From: a virus
Lineage: Duplodnaviria > Caudoviricetes
Strand: one strand, 5' to 3'
DNA: 64,000 bases
IMG/VR virus record: IMGVR_UViG_3300050159_000048
This document shows, one piece after another, positions 8,552 through 19,554 of this stretch. A program made the translations under genes and the position numbers. Each line of letters opens with the position of its first letter. The stretch's first letter is position 1. Below the pieces are notes generated by a model. That model saw only the letters and a program-made list of their open reading frames with translations, was not told where the DNA came from and did no database searches.

Positions 8552-9277
8552 TTAGCCCAACAATCGAATATCAGCCAACTTGGTGACCCTAAGCACGACT
8601 TGCGACACGCCCGTTATTCCTCCGGTTTCGTATCCTGATGTGTCTAGGCTAAGGGTCATTGTGGTAGTACCAGAGCCAAAGTCTGTAGATCCGATGTTTA
8701 CCAAATAGTGATCGGACCAACTAACTGCTGATGAAAAAATACCCATTCCTATTGTGGTTGTTGCTGTTGGCCGGAAGTGACGACGTTGGTGTGCTAACAC
8801 ACCAACTGTTGATGGGTGGCTAGATGCTGCGCCTACTACGTAGTTGTATGAATCATTGAATGTAATGCTACTACCATATGTTGTGTCAACGCCTAATGGC
8901 CAATCTGGGGTTGGGTTAGTAACATACATCGACGCAATTACTTGAATCTCATATAGACCTTGCACTATTGGTAACAGGGCTGCTCCGTACGGATCCAATG
9001 TGAGATATGTTGGCATTGAGAGAGGCATCGTTCCGCCAGTGCCGTGATCGGTCCATGTTGTTTGCGACCCACCAAATGAAAACACGCCTTCCAGCTGAAT
9101 GATCTGTGACGTAGGACTTCCTCCTCCGCCGCCAGCCGCTGGTGCTGCTGGCACCCACCGACCGGCCATCGACTCATATGTTAACACATCGCCACCCGTT
9201 GGAGAGATGGCATCCACGTCTGTTAGATTGTCGAGGGATAGCTCAACCTGCGAGCTTGTAATTTTCTTTTGTGTCAT
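8552..9277 (-). CDS. Fibre/decoration-like virion protein
   Basis: LDNLTDVDAISPTGGDVLTY...W fibre-attachment motif, poly-Gly linker, beta-rich C-terminus. Confidence 0.6.
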   Translation of the reverse strand: MTQKKITSSQVELSLDNLTDVDAISPTGGDVLTYESMAGRWVPAAPAAGGGGGSPTSQIIQLEGVFSFGGSQTTWTDHGTGGTMPLSMPTYLTLDPYGAALLPIVQGLYEIQVIASMYVTNPTPDWPLGVDTTYGSSITFNDSYNYVVGAASSHPSTVGVLAHQRRHFRPTATTTIGMGIFSSAVSWSDHYLVNIGSTDFGSGTTTMTLSLDTSGYETGGITGVSQVVLRVTKLADIRLLG

Positions 9278-9297
9278 ATTAAGAATCAATCAAAAAG

Positions 9298-10839
9298 TTA
9301 TACCACGAATGTGATTACGTCGCCGCCGTCCAGAGGTTCATTAAATTGAACTTCATGGGCTCCAGTTACAACATAACTACCTCCCAACATACCACCAACG
9401 CTAAATGTACCGTTTGTGATGTTTCCCTGTGAAGATGGGAGGATAGCTGATAGTTGTGCAATCAATTGACTATTGTCAACTGATGTAATAACAGTGTTGG
9501 TAGGTAGAGAAATGTGAGTGATGCGCGCGCCTGGAACCAACGCACCGTTAGTACTAGCAAAATGAAGCACGTTTGACCCAGCGGTAATACTAGCAGTGAG
9601 GGTGGTGGTAGTGTTTGTTGCAGCAGGGCCGTATTTTTGGAGAACTCCGTTCCGATACACTTGTAGAGGACTAATTAGTCCTGACGGAGCTACGGTGTTA
9701 AGTACTGTAGGTACCGCGGTTTGATTAGGCGCAACGTACACATCGTCTCGTTGCGTAGTGAGTCTGGGGTCGGATGTCTCCACCACTACAGGCTGACTTG
9801 GAGTAGCGGAAGTGGTAGATAACCGAACGATGCCAAGCGTGCTGGTAGTGGCTGGGCCTACGTTTGTCCCACCCCCACCTGCGGTGATGTTTACCGTGGC
9901 TAGGGATGGTCGCAGTACAATCGTGTTGCGGTCAACAACGTATCCAACCACGATAGCGTTTGCGGGTACTGATGTTGTGAGCTCTCCGTCAACACCAACG
10001 TATATAGCCTCATTCACGTTTAGCCAATTCCAGTTAGTGTTGGTGATGACGCCGTCCAACACCACGTTCACCACCGTACCTGTAACAGCATCCACTTCAA
10101 CCATACCATATGCACCTGTGTTTATCATAGATGCGTTTATGGCCATTTCAACCTTGTTAAAATCGACGAACTGTACGACACGATAGGCAGGAATATTGCT
10201 TTCCGCAACAGCTTCAACCACTACCGATCCGAGTTTTACGTGAGTAGATGAGGCAATACTAGCAGTAACTACGTCCTCGGTGGTAAAAAAGTATCCATTA
10301 TTACGTTTGATGGGGTCACCGTTCTCATCGTACATCAGAGCGCCAGCAGCGATTGGGGTACTCTGCAGTGACCCAATCTGTGTTCCTGTAAAGCTTGGAG
10401 AATTATAACTAACACTGATGAAGGTAGCTCCAGCCGAGTACCGAGCTGCTAACACACGAAGTTTCTCAATCCAACGAACGGCTGTTGCGTTCCACTCCTT
10501 CATCTGATTTAGTGTGGTATCGAACCACATTTGACCGTTTGTGGGATTGCTTGGAGCAACAGCAGCCTCAATTGGTTCGAGAAGAGTGTGACCGAAGGTA
10601 CGTTGGCCAGTTAGACGATTGATTTCAATGTATAACCAATAGGTAGTGCCGGCAACAAACGGGCCCGTCCAGGCGTTTGTAATCGGACTGCGTTCTGAAA
10701 TTAGGTAGTTGGCTTGTTTGTCCGCGATGGTGGCCACTAATACAGCTGGCTGTGCGATTACTAGATTGACAGCCGAGCCATTGGCTTGCAAGAAATTGGG
10801 AGGTGCAGTTACAAGTCCCTGGCGAAACGGAATACGCAT
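9298..10839 (-). CDS. Virion fibre/structural protein
   Basis: GQMWFDTT..W repeat, ATTSTLGIVRL fibre motif, LQVYRNGVLQ; ATG 10839 has a GGAG RBS. Confidence 0.7.
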   Translation of the reverse strand: MRIPFRQGLVTAPPNFLQANGSAVNLVIAQPAVLVATIADKQANYLISERSPITNAWTGPFVAGTTYWLYIEINRLTGQRTFGHTLLEPIEAAVAPSNPTNGQMWFDTTLNQMKEWNATAVRWIEKLRVLAARYSAGATFISVSYNSPSFTGTQIGSLQSTPIAAGALMYDENGDPIKRNNGYFFTTEDVVTASIASSTHVKLGSVVVEAVAESNIPAYRVVQFVDFNKVEMAINASMINTGAYGMVEVDAVTGTVVNVVLDGVITNTNWNWLNVNEAIYVGVDGELTTSVPANAIVVGYVVDRNTIVLRPSLATVNITAGGGGTNVGPATTSTLGIVRLSTTSATPSQPVVVETSDPRLTTQRDDVYVAPNQTAVPTVLNTVAPSGLISPLQVYRNGVLQKYGPAATNTTTTLTASITAGSNVLHFASTNGALVPGARITHISLPTNTVITSVDNSQLIAQLSAILPSSQGNITNGTFSVGGMLGGSYVVTGAHEVQFNEPLDGGDVITFVV

Positions 10840-10866
10840 GATGATTGACTCCAAAGAGAGATTTAG

Positions 10867-10873
10867 TATTTAT
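10867..10873 (-). promoter_or_regulatory. Late promoter ATAAATA
   Basis: gATAAATA upstream of 10839. Confidence 0.65.
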
Positions 10874-10906
10874 CAATATGGGATTGGTTTTGGGGTACAA
10901 ATCACG

Positions 10907-10912
10907 TAAATA
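10907..10912 (+). promoter_or_regulatory. Late promoter TAAATA (divergent)
   Basis: TAAATA 30 nt upstream of ATG 10942. Confidence 0.5.
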
Positions 10913-10941
10913 CTTAGGCGTTTCCCACTATAGGAGCTACT

Positions 10942-11448
10942 ATGGAACAAGTTTTATCCAATCTCACATATGATGAATTGCGGTCGATTGCGCAAGACGG
11001 TGATGTTGTTTTTCTTCATCGTACAAATCACTGGTTTAGTCGTTTGATTTCTGCGGTGACTGGTTCGCCATTCACGCATGTCAATTTAGCGTTCTGGGCT
11101 AACATTGGTCCCGAAAGGCGATTAATGTGCGTGGAAGCATCCCACAAATCCAAACGACGTATTGTCAGCATGAGTTACTATCACAACCGCACGTTTACGC
11201 TCGTTCGCGCTATTAAACCATGGGAGTCAATCATGACTGATGCCTTATCGCGTGTTGGACGCGAAGAGTACAGCGATTGGACGTTGCTCTACGTTGGTTT
11301 GCGCGAGGGGCTGGAGAATGCAGTTGGTTGGAAGCTCCCAGCTGTGGACTTCAAGTACGAGATTTGCTCGGAGTTTGTAGCACGAACCGAGGGCTTAGAC
11401 GATTGTGTCATTAGTCCTCGTCGCCTATTCGACAAACTCACCAAGTGA
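10942..11448 (+). CDS. Permuted papain-like (YiiX/YaeF, NlpC/P60-related) amidase
   Basis: GDVVFL, FTHV (catalytic His) and ICSEFV (catalytic Cys) in permuted order; AGGAG RBS. Confidence 0.75.
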   Translation: MEQVLSNLTYDELRSIAQDGDVVFLHRTNHWFSRLISAVTGSPFTHVNLAFWANIGPERRLMCVEASHKSKRRIVSMSYYHNRTFTLVRAIKPWESIMTDALSRVGREEYSDWTLLYVGLREGLENAVGWKLPAVDFKYEICSEFVARTEGLDDCVISPRRLFDKLTK

Positions 11449-11469
11449 TTTGGCACACCAAAAACATAA

Positions 11470-11497
11470 AAAAATGGCCTCCTAGGAGGCCATTTTT
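11470..11497. terminator. Bidirectional terminator between convergent genes
   Basis: AAAAATGGCCTCC/GGAGGCCATTTTT inverted repeat. Confidence 0.85.
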
Positions 11498-11508
11498 GTT
11501 CGGGTAAG

Positions 11509-13026
11509 TTAATCCCAGTATCCGCTGAAGCTGATTGATCCGTCTATAGCACCCGCAGTAACTGCGGCGGTAGCGTACATTACACGGAATCCACACACCA
11601 AGTGTTCGCCAGGATGCACGACAATAGGCGTAGATAGGCGGATAGAAGAGTCGCCGGTGCGAGTACCAACAGTACCCGCAGCCGCTGTTGCTGCGAAGTT
11701 ATCTGTTGCTGTTAGCATCAGGATACGTGGAGCTTTTGTTGCAACAGCGGTTGTACCGTTCGCCGTTGTGGTCGCTAGGGATACTGCTGATCCACCAACT
11801 GCAACGAAGTAGGTTCCAATAAATCCACCGCCTGTTAGTGCTGTTGATACCACCGTCGGGCTAATCATGATATCAGTGATCACTAAGTTACGAGCATCGT
11901 TTGCGGCGCCGACCGCGACGGGGACGTTGGGATTTGTGTAGTCTGACAGAATCACGTTGACGTGAGCACCAGTCACGCCTGTTAATGTGCATCGATATAC
12001 GCCACCCAATCCCGTGAATGTGGTAGCTGTGTTGGATCCAACACCGGCTGTCGGTGCCGTACCAGATGCAGGAACCAGAGCGGTCGAACCGTCGGTCGCT
12101 GTCAGACCTGTTTGTTGGTATAGGCTATGGCGACCTGCCAACACCTGGCGAAATTGTTGTGGAATGTCAACACCAGGGCCTAGCCGCAGAACGGAAACAT
12201 CAGCGATGTCCAACGAGGGTGCGAGCGCTGGGGCAGATGCAGAGTTAAACGCGCGCATGAATAGGGGGTAGCCGTTGGCTTTGAACAATCCCGAACCAGC
12301 TGACGCCATTGAAATCGTGTTTGCATATACGTTATCAATCCAGAATTCAACGTGGTCGTTGGTAATGATTACTTCATAGGCGTGCGTTACGCTGTCAGCG
12401 AGTGGGACGCCCCCGTTCAAGTTCACTGTGATTGCTGTTGAAGCACCACCAACGGAGTATTCCAACACCCCAATAAACGCGCCACCCGTGGTCCACCGAA
12501 AGCCCGTAAATTCAATCGGATTGTTACCTTGCCCGGCAACAGGTACAGACATACCGAAACCAAGATCAAACTGCTTGTTTGTTACAGCTCCGTTGTTTGT
12601 TTTAACGGTAAATCTACCAGCGATAGCTGCCCCGTCTTCAATATTAAACGTGCGGCATGAGTGCATCTGAACACCAGTGGTAACAGTGGTGATCGAACCA
12701 CTGTTGAGACGCAAGAAGCCACCGTTAACAGCCATTGCCATCGTCGTTGCTTCTGCTAGCCACTGGCTAGACATTGGAGTTGTTGCAACCGCGTTATTGA
12801 AGTCAGTTCGGTACACAATTTGACGCTGTCCAGTGTACAAATCACCATCAACCGTAATACGAGCCTTGCGAGCGGTTGATGGGACTGACGTGGTCCACAC
12901 GTCAGTCAATTGTGTGAAGCCCGCTTGGGTCGGGGTGGTCGGAAGGTTGACCTTTACGTTGTTGTTGGAGTCCACTTCAGCTTTATTGCCGCTTACGCCA
13001 CCAACGATATCTACATCCATTGCCAT
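11509..13026 (-). CDS. Virion protein with lectin/ConA-like beta-sandwich
   Basis: 505 aa Thr/Gly/Ala-rich; HAYEVIITNDHVEFWIDN is lectin-like. Confidence 0.6.
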   Translation of the reverse strand: MAMDVDIVGGVSGNKAEVDSNNNVKVNLPTTPTQAGFTQLTDVWTTSVPSTARKARITVDGDLYTGQRQIVYRTDFNNAVATTPMSSQWLAEATTMAMAVNGGFLRLNSGSITTVTTGVQMHSCRTFNIEDGAAIAGRFTVKTNNGAVTNKQFDLGFGMSVPVAGQGNNPIEFTGFRWTTGGAFIGVLEYSVGGASTAITVNLNGGVPLADSVTHAYEVIITNDHVEFWIDNVYANTISMASAGSGLFKANGYPLFMRAFNSASAPALAPSLDIADVSVLRLGPGVDIPQQFRQVLAGRHSLYQQTGLTATDGSTALVPASGTAPTAGVGSNTATTFTGLGGVYRCTLTGVTGAHVNVILSDYTNPNVPVAVGAANDARNLVITDIMISPTVVSTALTGGGFIGTYFVAVGGSAVSLATTTANGTTAVATKAPRILMLTATDNFAATAAAGTVGTRTGDSSIRLSTPIVVHPGEHLVCGFRVMYATAAVTAGAIDGSISFSGYWD

Positions 13027-13037
13027 ATATTAACTCC

Positions 13038-13604
13038 TTAGCTCCATTGCCATGTAACTTGGAATTGCCCAGTGAGCTGTTCTCGAGCATATCCGTATAT
13101 TGTAAAACCTGTACCTGCTACGATCGTATCACAGACTAGTGACGCAAACAGACCGAAGTATCTATGATCAGAGACGCTGTGAGTTGACGTTGATGCGTTA
13201 GGACCAATGACTGCGAATGGTGTTGACGCAGAGGTAATGTTTGCTTGACCGGTCACAACCACACTAGCTTCTTGTGTGCCGAGACCTGTTCCAAAGTCTA
13301 GAATTGCCGTCCCTGAGGCCAATCCTTCGGGGATCCAAACACTTCCGGTATTTGTGTACATTGCGTACTGTCGGTCTGTAGCATACGCATATGACCCCGT
13401 TACTACCGAAGATGGTGCAGGTAACGTAGCAAATGTGCCAATGTGGGCGGGGCTGGTGGCAATCCAAACCGTTCCGTTTGACAAAACGGAATATGCCTGT
13501 CCTGTGCTCTGTACCAGCATCCACGCCGTCTCACCCGTCATATACTTAGCAGGCGGAAGGGTTAGTGGATCGGTGTAATAAATTCGGGTGAGAGAATTGC
13601 TCAT
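13038..13604 (-). CDS. Fibre-associated structural protein
   Basis: Two TLP..G.xA[WY]......Y.xxG..W units; ATGA overlap with upstream gene. Confidence 0.65.
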   Translation of the reverse strand: MSNSLTRIYYTDPLTLPPAKYMTGETAWMLVQSTGQAYSVLSNGTVWIATSPAHIGTFATLPAPSSVVTGSYAYATDRQYAMYTNTGSVWIPEGLASGTAILDFGTGLGTQEASVVVTGQANITSASTPFAVIGPNASTSTHSVSDHRYFGLFASLVCDTIVAGTGFTIYGYAREQLTGQFQVTWQWS

Positions 13605-16297
13605 GCTACTTGCCTTATAGCACAACGGCCAAGTTTGATGTTAACTACGCCCGCATCAGTGGTGTACAGCATTACCACCAACACTGCGGATGTTAGTGTG
13701 GCGCCTGCTGGTATTGTCACCGTGGGACATATGAGGTTTTCTTGGAAGGGTGTAGTTACAGCACCAAGAGGGTAATCGGTTGCGTCGGTTAGAGCTGACG
13801 CCCGTGTCGTATACGACACGGATGACAGGGTATACCCAACGTTAAAATACACCGATATGGAAGAGATTGTCGACATAGATCCAGAGATGCTCATGTCAAC
13901 TGCCGCCTGGTATGAATGACCGCCACTCATGTTGACGATAAATCCAGCGCCCGAACCTTCAAATCCAATTATGTGTTGGTGATAACTATCACCAACACCC
14001 GTTGTGCGGGTGGCAACGATTACTTGATCATGCCCATACCCGTCGGCTCGAGCAACTAGACTACAAGCAGACGTGGTCCCACCTCCAGTGTTGTTTTCAA
14101 TGCCGTATGACATGTTTGATTCAAACACGCCAGTAGCGTGTGTATCATACACGCTAGCAGCTACGCCCGTCGCAGACCAACCACCATTGTACAAATTCGT
14201 TGATAAGGACGAGGCAGCATACCGATCATTAATCGATGATGCTAGGGGTGATGCGGGGATGATGGGTACGGCTCCCGAGTCTCGTAAAAGTCGTGCGAGC
14301 CAATAGCCGGCAACATAAGACATTTTCTGTGCTGGGTGTTCACCGTCTGTCTGGAACAGATCAGCATCACCAATACCCGTCATTGGGTTGACTGTTAGAG
14401 CCCACTTGTCTAGTATCAGTAGTTTGGGGTATTGGATGGATAACGTCTTGACGCGTTGCATTACTTCGAACGCGAGTGATGCAATAGTTGCTGTTGTGAA
14501 AGTTGCTGCTGCGAATCCTTCAAACACAACCCACGCACCCGTCTGTAGTGTTGTTGTAAGCATTGACAGGAGCGAACTGATTGGAGATCCTGCTCCACCA
14601 GCTGGAGTTGTAATTGAGCCGTTCTCAACGTCATTCCAGATGCCAAAGTCGCCGATGATGATATCAGGGTTCAGGGCGAGCATCCTGCTCAAATTAGTGT
14701 ACAGATTTGAAGTGGTAATACCAGAAGTAGCCCACGACGCCGATAGAGACAATGCTCCATTTAGTAGGTTATTTGCGTATCGGAATGATGACCCCGGCAT
14801 GTATCGATCAAACACTTGCATTTCCCAGGCGGTAACTGACGATCCTGCTGATTGTAAAATCGGCGTGGTTGGGTCAGGGGTGATTGTGAGCGTATTACCA
14901 GACACGGCGGTAATCGTTCCCAACACGCGCTGAAGATCGAAAGCCGTTGTACCAGCTGGTGAGCTTAGGAACACTCGTTGGCCAGGGATGCAATAATGTG
15001 GATTTGTTGAATTGAAGGTAATTACCGTTCCATTTGACGTCACCCCAGCAGATGCGGCTGCTGTGTTTACGCCAAATTGTCGTACGTAGTATGAAGTGCC
15101 GAATAGAACCGTGTTGTATCCAACATTTCCTGATGAGCCACCCGAAGGGGTTGCCCACGTGCCGTCTCCACGCCAGAACGTAGAGGATGACGCCCCCGTT
15201 CCGCTGTTCAGATTTGTTACGGGTAAATTGCCAGTGACGTGTGTTGTTAGCCCGATCTTACCCCAAGCCGGGGCAGCACCTACACCACCCGAAATTAAGG
15301 CATTGCCTGTGGCTACGTCTGCTAAACTGCTTAGTGCATTAGTGGCAGAGGCGTATAAGATGTCACCAATCGCATACGATCCTAACCCCGTACCTCCATT
15401 CGTTGCACCGAGAATTCCGGTGACTTCCGAGGTCAAACTTACTGCGGTTCCAGCCGACCACGTATCAGCTGCAGTCCGGCGGACAATACCCGTGGTCGTC
15501 AATCCTTCGACAGCCGCAAGGTCGTTGGTGAGGGAAAATGTTAGCGTCCCACTCGTTGTAATTGGCGATCCTGATACGGAAAACCCGCTTGTTGGGCCTG
15601 TTGCAGCTACCGACGTAACCGTGCCTGATCCTCCAGACGCAGCGATTGTAATGGAATCTGTCGCGTGAGTGATGGTGATACCAGAGCCCTGAACAAGCTG
15701 GCGATAGCGTAAGCGATCGCCAGCTGTGTCAACCGCAATAACACCATTGGCAGCCAATGACCCACCAACAGAGAAAATACTTAAAATAGACCAGACTGTG
15801 GTTGTTGCTGCTACTAGCGTGTAACTACCCCCGCCTTGTGCAGCGGGGATTGTGACTGGTGTGTTAGCTCCAAGATTGCTGATCTGCTGTCCTGTGGCAG
15901 GGTAGATCAGCACGTCAGTTCCGGACGCATTTCCAACAACAATCGTTCGGCCAACTGTCTGGGCCGTAATTGCTGGCAGTACGACACCCGACCCCGCGGT
16001 AGCTGACGAAATAGCTACAGTGCGAGCTGTAACTGCAGTTGCGTTGGCTTGGGAGGTGCCAGCAGCTGTGACTAACTGAAATGAGCCATTTTCGCCCGAA
16101 GATTCGATCGTCTTAAAGGACGATCCCAACCCCACTTCCAAGGCGTTGATATCAGTATTAAAGCGTAGTACGCCGTCAGCAACGGTAGGTCGCTGAGCAG
16201 ATGTGCCAACCGGAATCCTGACACCCGTAATGCCACCAAGTGTGACGTATGGCTGGTCGTCAGGATTGATCGAGTCGGTGCTGTGGTCAAATTCCAT
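13601..16297 (-). CDS. Fibre/spike with SGNH (GDSL) esterase domain
   Basis: N-terminal GTSAQRP..GVLRFNT fibre motif, TFWRGDGTW; SGNH blocks FGTS, SG, GIWND, DGEHP. Confidence 0.7.
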   Translation of the reverse strand: MEFDHSTDSINPDDQPYVTLGGITGVRIPVGTSAQRPTVADGVLRFNTDINALEVGLGSSFKTIESSGENGSFQLVTAAGTSQANATAVTARTVAISSATAGSGVVLPAITAQTVGRTIVVGNASGTDVLIYPATGQQISNLGANTPVTIPAAQGGGSYTLVAATTTVWSILSIFSVGGSLAANGVIAVDTAGDRLRYRQLVQGSGITITHATDSITIAASGGSGTVTSVAATGPTSGFSVSGSPITTSGTLTFSLTNDLAAVEGLTTTGIVRRTAADTWSAGTAVSLTSEVTGILGATNGGTGLGSYAIGDILYASATNALSSLADVATGNALISGGVGAAPAWGKIGLTTHVTGNLPVTNLNSGTGASSSTFWRGDGTWATPSGGSSGNVGYNTVLFGTSYYVRQFGVNTAAASAGVTSNGTVITFNSTNPHYCIPGQRVFLSSPAGTTAFDLQRVLGTITAVSGNTLTITPDPTTPILQSAGSSVTAWEMQVFDRYMPGSSFRYANNLLNGALSLSASWATSGITTSNLYTNLSRMLALNPDIIIGDFGIWNDVENGSITTPAGGAGSPISSLLSMLTTTLQTGAWVVFEGFAAATFTTATIASLAFEVMQRVKTLSIQYPKLLILDKWALTVNPMTGIGDADLFQTDGEHPAQKMSYVAGYWLARLLRDSGAVPIIPASPLASSINDRYAASSLSTNLYNGGWSATGVAASVYDTHATGVFESNMSYGIENNTGGGTTSACSLVARADGYGHDQVIVATRTTGVGDSYHQHIIGFEGSGAGFIVNMSGGHSYQAAVDMSISGSMSTISSISVYFNVGYTLSSVSYTTRASALTDATDYPLGAVTTPFQENLICPTVTIPAGATLTSAVLVVMLYTTDAGVVNIKLGRCAIRQVA

Positions 16298-16316
16298 TCA
16301 CAATCACCTTAAAGGA

Positions 16317-18707
16317 TTAGTTTGTAACTTCAGCTGTTTGTACCACTGCAACCCAGCGAATTGTTTTTGCAGCTTCACCTGTTACCTGAACACGTAGAGC
16401 ACCGTTAGTTGTATCAGCGGAGACGGTTACGTCCCACGCTGCATTGGTTTCACCTAAGATCGATTTGGTGACCGCACCAACAAGCGCAGCGGACGCAGCA
16501 GTTGTATCTTTCCTGATAACACCATCCACACGATACCCTGCACCACCACCCGTCGCATCAGTACGACGACCAGAGATCAAGATTGAGAATGTCCAAACGC
16601 TGTTGTTTGGCATAACCAGGCGAGTTGCTGATCCATCCAAGAACAGTTCAGTCACGGTTGCGGTAGATGTGATATTGCGCATCACATATGTGGATGCTTG
16701 CGCGTCACCAGCAGTTGCGAATGTTCCGTTAGCGTAAGCGCGCTGACCGTACAAGGTAGCAGAAGTACCTGGACCAAATGCTATTGCATGTTGCGCACCA
16801 GCACTGGAGCTAGAACCGATTGCAACTGAGTTGGTGCCAGTTGCAATCGGCGTAGTTGGGGAGGACACGTTTTCGCGCCACAATTGCAGAGCACCACCAA
16901 TGTCAGCGGCGACCAGAGCACGGAACGTTGGCGTTCCGGTTGAACCGTTAGGAGCTGCGAAGACGGTGTTTGTGGTTTGGTTAGCCAGTGTGATTGCAGC
17001 ACTTACCGCACCTGTGGCCGCCGAAGCACCAGTAATCGACATGATCGATGGTACTGTCTGTGTGAACGATGTAACACCACTGTTAGAAATCGTAATCGAG
17101 CCAGCAGCGTTTGCAACACCGATGCCTGTGCCTGCTGTTAGGGTAGCTAGTGTTGGAGCAGCACCGGTTGAACCAATCAGAATCTGACCGTTGGTGGGAG
17201 CAGCAGTAGCCGTCAACAACCCAGCCGTACCGGAGTACACCATGGAGTTTGCTGTCAAGCCCGACACAGTCAGGTTAGTAGTAACCGTCAGGGAGCCTGG
17301 GGCGGTAATTGCTGAAGGCAGTGACAAAGTCACTGAACCAGTAGATGCTGATGCTGTGATCTGGTTAGCGGTACCAGCAAGAGCGGTAACACCACTGTTA
17401 GAAATCGTGATTGAACCGGCGGCGTTTGCGACACCAATACCCGTGCCTGCTGTTAGAGTAGCTAGTGTGTAGCCTGTAGCGTTACCGATCAACAGTTGAC
17501 CATTGGCGGGCGCAGAAGTTAGACCAGTACCACCCAAAGAAACAGCGATTGGAGCGGTGATCGAGAATGTTGTGCCGGACAGCGTCAAACCTGTGCCTGC
17601 GGTGTACGTGCCAGCACCACCAAACTGCACGAATGTGATGTTAGTAGAACCGAGCGTACCACCTTGGTCGGACGTAGAGACCCAACCAGTGTCTTTGTTA
17701 GTTGTACCTTCTTCAACAAAGACAAAGGCGCCAGGAATTTCCGACCACGCATCAAAGTCAGTTGCACGTGTTGGTGTACCAGCCGTTACAATGTAGATGC
17801 CGTTTTCAGAAGCTGTAGCTTGGTTCTTGATTAGGATACGATCGCCGGTAACCAGGGTCACACCGTCAACGGTAGCGCCGTTAACAAACGAAGAAGCAAG
17901 AGTACCAGAGGTAGTAGTGGTTACACGAACAGACTGCTTAGGATCCAAACCTTGCAGCAACGAGTCCACGTAGGCTTTGGAGACAGCCGAACCAGACGTG
18001 GTTGGAGTTGCTGGTAGGCCCAGAACTTCACCGCCTCCGGAGAACGTCAAGTTTGCACCAGACGACATGGAGTCGCCGGACACGTTTACGTATGTTGCGT
18101 CAACGAGAGTGGTAATATCGGATGCCACAACTGCGGTGTTGTTGATAACACGACCCTTCGAATCCAACTGAACCTTAACAAATGAGGTGCCGGTTGAGCC
18201 CTGCGTAACCGTGGCCAAGTCGATAGTTGGGTTGCCGGAAGCGCCGTCGCCATTCGATACGGTGATGTTGCTTGCTGTCCCAGTAATTGTACGAGCTACG
18301 AAAGTATCTGCAGCGGACTGAGAGATCATACCAACCGTTGCCAACGAGGCTAGGGTTTGCAGACCTGCGTCCAGAGACAGCGTAATTGTGCCGGAGCTGG
18401 TGATTGGTGAGCCCGATACGGACAGACCCGTACCACCTGAAACTGCAACCGACGTTACAGTACCGCCACCGGTTGCAAGACTTGACCAAACCGTGCCGGT
18501 GTTGTATTCTAGAACACTACTTTCGGTGTTGTAGCGGAGCATACCTGCAGAGTTTGCTGGGCGTTGAGCGGTCGTACCAAGAGGTAGATAAATGGCGCCA
18601 GTACCAGTGATCTGCAGCGACTGCGTCGTGCCCCCGAGCGGAGGAGCAACGGTTGTGTCGATTGTCAAGAGGCTATCAATTAAGCCAGTGTCGTGGTTAA
18701 AGTTCAT
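16317..18707 (-). CDS. Long fibre protein
   Basis: GTTAQRP..GMLRYNT, KAYVDSLLQGLDPKQSV, GDRILIKNQ..SENGIY, ITFVQF motifs. Confidence 0.75.
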   Translation of the reverse strand: MNFNHDTGLIDSLLTIDTTVAPPLGGTTQSLQITGTGAIYLPLGTTAQRPANSAGMLRYNTESSVLEYNTGTVWSSLATGGGTVTSVAVSGGTGLSVSGSPITSSGTITLSLDAGLQTLASLATVGMISQSAADTFVARTITGTASNITVSNGDGASGNPTIDLATVTQGSTGTSFVKVQLDSKGRVINNTAVVASDITTLVDATYVNVSGDSMSSGANLTFSGGGEVLGLPATPTTSGSAVSKAYVDSLLQGLDPKQSVRVTTTTSGTLASSFVNGATVDGVTLVTGDRILIKNQATASENGIYIVTAGTPTRATDFDAWSEIPGAFVFVEEGTTNKDTGWVSTSDQGGTLGSTNITFVQFGGAGTYTAGTGLTLSGTTFSITAPIAVSLGGTGLTSAPANGQLLIGNATGYTLATLTAGTGIGVANAAGSITISNSGVTALAGTANQITASASTGSVTLSLPSAITAPGSLTVTTNLTVSGLTANSMVYSGTAGLLTATAAPTNGQILIGSTGAAPTLATLTAGTGIGVANAAGSITISNSGVTSFTQTVPSIMSITGASAATGAVSAAITLANQTTNTVFAAPNGSTGTPTFRALVAADIGGALQLWRENVSSPTTPIATGTNSVAIGSSSSAGAQHAIAFGPGTSATLYGQRAYANGTFATAGDAQASTYVMRNITSTATVTELFLDGSATRLVMPNNSVWTFSILISGRRTDATGGGAGYRVDGVIRKDTTAASAALVGAVTKSILGETNAAWDVTVSADTTNGALRVQVTGEAAKTIRWVAVVQTAEVTN
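17071..17468. repeat. 83-nt intragenic direct repeat (17071-17153 and 17386-17468)
   Basis: Both copies encode TLATLTAGTGIGVANAAGSITISNSGVT; 10 differences, all synonymous. Confidence 0.9.
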
Positions 18708-18709
18708 GA

Positions 18710-19525
18710 TTAGTTTGTAACCTCAAGTGTTTCAAAAAGTATGGCCCATCGAATTGTTTTTCCGGTTTGTCCAGTGACGAACGCATTGATACTACCATTC
18801 GTGGTGTCGGTGGTGATATTTATGTCCCAGGGGATGTTACTCTCTGCCAAAACTGTTTTTGTTGGAGCGCCCTGGAATGTGATTGTGTTTGCTCCAGCCT
18901 TGCGATACACAACCCCTTGAATCTTGTATCCGGCGTGACCGTCACCCACATCCGTCCGGTGTGCAGTGACAGTAGCTGTGAATGTCCATGTGCTATCATC
19001 CGGTAATACCAGACGCTCAACACCATTTGTACCATCCAGAAATGCTTCAGTCTGAATTCCGTTGACGGTGATTGCACGTAGCATGTACCGACCTGCTTGG
19101 CAGTCACCACTCGTTGTAAAGCGACCGCTTGCCCAAACATTGGCACCACGGTGCCGAGCGACTGATTGCTCCCCCATTGCGATTGAGCTAGGAGCAGTGG
19201 TCGTTGTTTGTGCACCAACACCAAGCGCGATCGAATCAATGCCTTGTGTTGCTGGAGTGGTGGGGTTTGCGCTTGGGGCTTCTGAATATAGGACTAGATT
19301 GGTTCCACCGCCACCACCGCTGCCGGTTCCTGCTTGTGACCACTTTGAAACACCTACACCAACGTCAATTTTGGTGTACATGTTACCGTTATTGGTGTCT
19401 AGGTAGACGGAGCCACGCTGAGCGTTGTTCGTATCGGTTGAGGAGCCGGGAGCCCCCGCTCCTTGAAGGATACGGATGCTGTCATCAATCTCCAGTCCTC
19501 GTACAATTCGGAAAAATTCGCTCAT
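18710..19525 (-). CDS. Short fibre protein, C-terminal paralogue of 16317-18707
   Basis: C-terminal ~140 aa aligns by eye (GDxQ..Y..R..T..TE.FLDG...L..P....WTF...TIRW...EVTN). Confidence 0.75.
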   Translation of the reverse strand: MSEFFRIVRGLEIDDSIRILQGAGAPGSSTDTNNAQRGSVYLDTNNGNMYTKIDVGVGVSKWSQAGTGSGGGGGTNLVLYSEAPSANPTTPATQGIDSIALGVGAQTTTTAPSSIAMGEQSVARHRGANVWASGRFTTSGDCQAGRYMLRAITVNGIQTEAFLDGTNGVERLVLPDDSTWTFTATVTAHRTDVGDGHAGYKIQGVVYRKAGANTITFQGAPTKTVLAESNIPWDINITTDTTNGSINAFVTGQTGKTIRWAILFETLEVTN

Positions 19526-19554
19526 CGCTTGCCTTTTGCGCAGTTACAATAGTC

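Noticed and set aside
17071-17468. Repeat pair as a DGR template/variable repeat
   Set aside because: Differences are synonymous and not adenine-specific, both copies are in-frame within one gene, and there is no reverse transcriptase in the window.
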